Source: Eledone cirrhosa (Eukaryota). From it: a stretch of DNA of 64,000 bases. Shown piece by piece: positions 60,796-64,000 of the stretch; the first letter of the stretch is position 1; the number at the start of each line of letters is the position of its first letter. The notes under the pieces were generated by a model. It worked only from the letters and a program-made list of their open reading frames with translations, searched no databases and was not told the DNA's origin. The stretch spans positions 35,526,001 through 35,590,000 of the forward strand of contig OZ024750.1 of the NCBI GenBank assembly GCA_964016885.1, read 5' to 3'. The position numbers were made by a program, and so were the translations under genes.

Positions 60796-61389
60796 TACAT
60801 CGCTGCCAAAATTAAGTTAGTTTTATCCAGAAAAATTTTAGATTATTTGATATGTTTTACACAAAATATATATTTAGATACCAATGTAGTTTTTTTTTAA
60901 ATTTCATGTTCCTTCCTTTAACTTATAACTCCTGATGGAGTTGTACTGACTTTGGAGCTTTTTTAAAACCTGGTAGAGCCCATTTCCTCTCCATGTCTGA
61001 ATGTAGCTGATTTCTTCCAGAGAAAGAGAGAGGGTGATAGAGAAGCAGTAAGAAAGAGATACAGAGGAGGAATTAACCCCTGTACTGGGTTGGTACTTTT
61101 ATTATTAACCTTAAGGTTGGCTTCAACAGGATTTGAAATCAAAATGCTGCAAGCCAAAATGAATATCACAAAGCATTCTATACTATCCCACATTCTAACG
61201 ACTCTGCCAATATTTCATATTAAGAAAACATGACATTAGCTCCATTTCTGTTTTCTGTTATTGAGTAGAAAAAAATAGAAGTGGAGTTTGATATCATAAG
61301 TTTAATAATTCCTTCCAGAAATTCTATTAACATCTTATACCCTTCTATCTTATTAGTTGTACTAATGATCTACTTTTTTCACTACATTC

Positions 61390-62015
61390 ATCATCGTTTT
61401 TACATTTTACATCGTTTTTCCACACTTGCATGGGTTGGATGGATCCTTCTCAGTACAGCATATCTCCACTTATCTCGTTCCTTCGTCATCTCTTCTGTGA
61501 GACTCAGTGATCTGAGATCAGCTCTTACCACCTCTGCCCAAATTTTTTTGAGCCTTCCTCAACTGCAGCTTCCTACCACTGAAATGTTCTGATACCTCTT
61601 CAACAATTGGTCATTATCCATGCACATCACATGTCCGTACCAATGCAATCTTCTCTCTTGGACACCATCTCGGACCTAGTTTCTCCTTCAGTTCATCCAA
61701 GCTCTTCTTTTTTCTCACATTTACATTACATATCCAATGAAGCAAGGTAGCTTCATTTCTCTCCAGCCTACACAAGTCTGCTGAAGTCACAGCCTGTGTT
61801 TCACTACCATGCAGCATCACATTTCACACACAAGTGTCATACAATCATCCTTTTGTATGTAGGGAGAAACCTTTTGTTATCAACAGTGGGAGAAGCTTTT
61901 TAAACTTTTTCAATCCTCTCCTTATTCTAGCTATTATATTCTTGGAGTACACTCTTTTGTTGTTAATTAAGTCACCTACATAGCAGAAGCTATCAACCAC
62001 TTCTATGGATCCTAC
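61390..62015 (-). mobile_element. RTE LINE 3' part, decayed
   Basis: IEVVDSFCYVG, MLHGSETQAV, LHWYGHV. Confidence 0.88.
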
Positions 62016-62079
62016 ATTATCTATGTAATTTAATCAGACATTTAAAAAAAGTTTCATTAGCAATATATTCAAGACTTAA

Positions 62080-62298
62080 CTCCTTAGCTTTTACATTACT
62101 CTATATTTACGATTGTATTTTCATGCTAAAGGCTTTATCTCGCATAATATCTCACATAATATTGAATCTATGAGATTTTGATATTATTTATTTGAGAACA
62201 ATAACTTAACATCAGTATGAGTGGCTAGTTATGACTAGTTTGAACAGAAAGAGGTGAGAGAATTCTGGCCGGATACGGCCAGTTTAAATATTAAAGGG
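62080..62298 (+). mobile_element. piggyBac-type MITE
   Basis: TTAA...TAAAGGG-TTAA. Confidence 0.88.
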
Positions 62299-62954
62299 TT
62301 AACTTAAAATGTAATAATTATATTTGGGAAGGGTCATGTTGCCAGGAAAATATAGTAAAATACACTCACTGTTTGGTTTGGTTTAATATATTTACTAATT
62401 GTAAAAGTAGCATTAGTATATTATTTAATAATGAAATAAACTATTAAATTACTATTAAATTACTATTACAACAGTCAATTATTCTACTGAGTCCATTTTG
62501 AAAACTTTATATTTTAAATATCTTTTTTGAGATGTTTGAAACATGTTTTTGTTTCTACCTTATGATATTTATTAATTTATTTTCTAATAAAGTTTATCTT
62601 TTATAGAACATTTCATAGTTTAATTTAATTTTCATTTCAAAATATCAAAATATTAGTGATAATGATTCAGTTAGAGTATATTATATTTCAAATGATTCTA
62701 AGTTTAAAAATAAAAATTTTTTTCAAATGTTAATATATTTCATATATATATGAAAGATGGTTGAAAGATATCTTTTCAAAATTCATGTTTCATTCTCAAG
62801 ACGAGATTTTAATCAATGATATTTTACCCAGCTTAATTTTGTAATAAATTTTAATGAGATATTCCACATAAAACTAATTAATAACACCTTTTGATGGAAG
62901 TACTTTCGAATTCGATAATTTTATCAAATAAAATGAACATTCTCATATATTTAG

Positions 62955-63024
<70 letters not shown>

Positions 63025-63300
63025 AAGTATGACCCCGACGGCAGAGCTCAAGCCGTTTCAACAGCTATTTCTGGACTACACACACATATATATATATATA
63101 AGCTGAATATATGAGAATGTAACCCATGCTAGCATGGAAGATAGTTGTTAAACGATGATGACGATGATGATGATGATGATGATTATATATATATATTTAT
63201 ATTTTCATTATTGTAACATCAAGTTACTGTAGGTTCACCAAAGAAAGCACTCGATACATAGTCTCCAATATGTATTTTGTGGTTGTACTAAGCAGAGTAT

Positions 63301-63430
63301 AATAATAATAATTGTTTCTACTTTTGGCACAAGGCCAGCAATTACCCAGTGCATTGCTGGTACTTTATTTTATCGACCCCGTAAGGATGAAAGGCAAAGT
63401 TAACCTCGGCGGGATTTGAACTCAGAATGG
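63301..63430 (-). mobile_element. SINE family A, 3' part joined to an RTE tail
   Basis: consensus from B box to tail. Confidence 0.88.
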
Positions 63431-63755
63431 GTTGGACAGATTCTTGTCAGTACAGCATCTCTCCATTTGCTGCATTCCTTCGTCATCTCCTCTGTGAGTC
63501 CCAGCGACTTCAGGTATGCTCTCACAATCTCAGTCCAGGTCTTTCTTGGCCATCCACTCCTGCAGCTTCCTTTCACTGGGATTTTCTGCCACTTGTTTTC
63601 CCATTGATCTTCATCTATGTGCATCAAATGTCCATACTACCGCAGTCTTTTCTGCACACCACTTCGGTTTCCTCTTAAACCCAGCTTCTCCCTCAGCTCA
63701 GTTCATTCAAGCTCTGCCTTTCTCTCACATTTATGTTGCACATCCAGAGCAGGCT
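63428..63755 (-). mobile_element. RTE LINE 3' end
   Basis: IPVKGSCRSGWPRKTWTEIVRAYLKSLGLTEEMT. Confidence 0.88.
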
Positions 63756-64000
63756 GCTCCTTTGATTCAACAACTGAAAGACTCATCATAGAAATTGACA
63801 GAGGTCCATTCCATTCTATGGGAGGGTAGTAAAATAATTTATTCATTGAATATAAACCTGAAAAGTAGAGTGTTAGGAAGTTGAAAAAAAAACTAAGTAA
63901 TAACCTTCATTTCTAATGAAACATACTCTATTTTAATTAATTAAAGAAGAATTTTGAGGGATTTATTAATTATTTCATTCATAAGATAGTAACTTAATGT

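Overview
AT-rich, repeat-dense eukaryotic DNA. The SINE families and their RTE-type (GAT)n tails resemble those I recall from octopod cephalopods (inference). No intact protein-coding gene is recognisable, and nearly all ORFs in the track are microsatellite artefacts or decayed transposon fragments. Contents: two tRNA-derived SINE families (~35 copies or fragments); decayed LINEs of the RTE, BovB-like RTE, Tx1/L1, R4/Dong and CRE types; a Penelope-like element (PLE) with a GIY-YIG remnant; a Sola2-like transposon with long terminal inverted repeats (TIRs); a hAT MITE; eight piggyBac-type TTAA MITEs; and about ten minisatellites. The most interesting signal is a set of minimal hammerhead-ribozyme (HHR) motifs in PLE-like terminal fragments: three complete, several truncated. 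Their truncation or inversion junctions repeatedly fall at the CUGANGA core. Fold-back structures are also frequent, including a 1-kb palindromic minisatellite that flips orientation. A few weak splice-site-defined exon candidates suggest the window may be intronic or 5'-UTR territory. All family assignments come from recalled motifs, not database searches, and coordinates of decayed elements are approximate.
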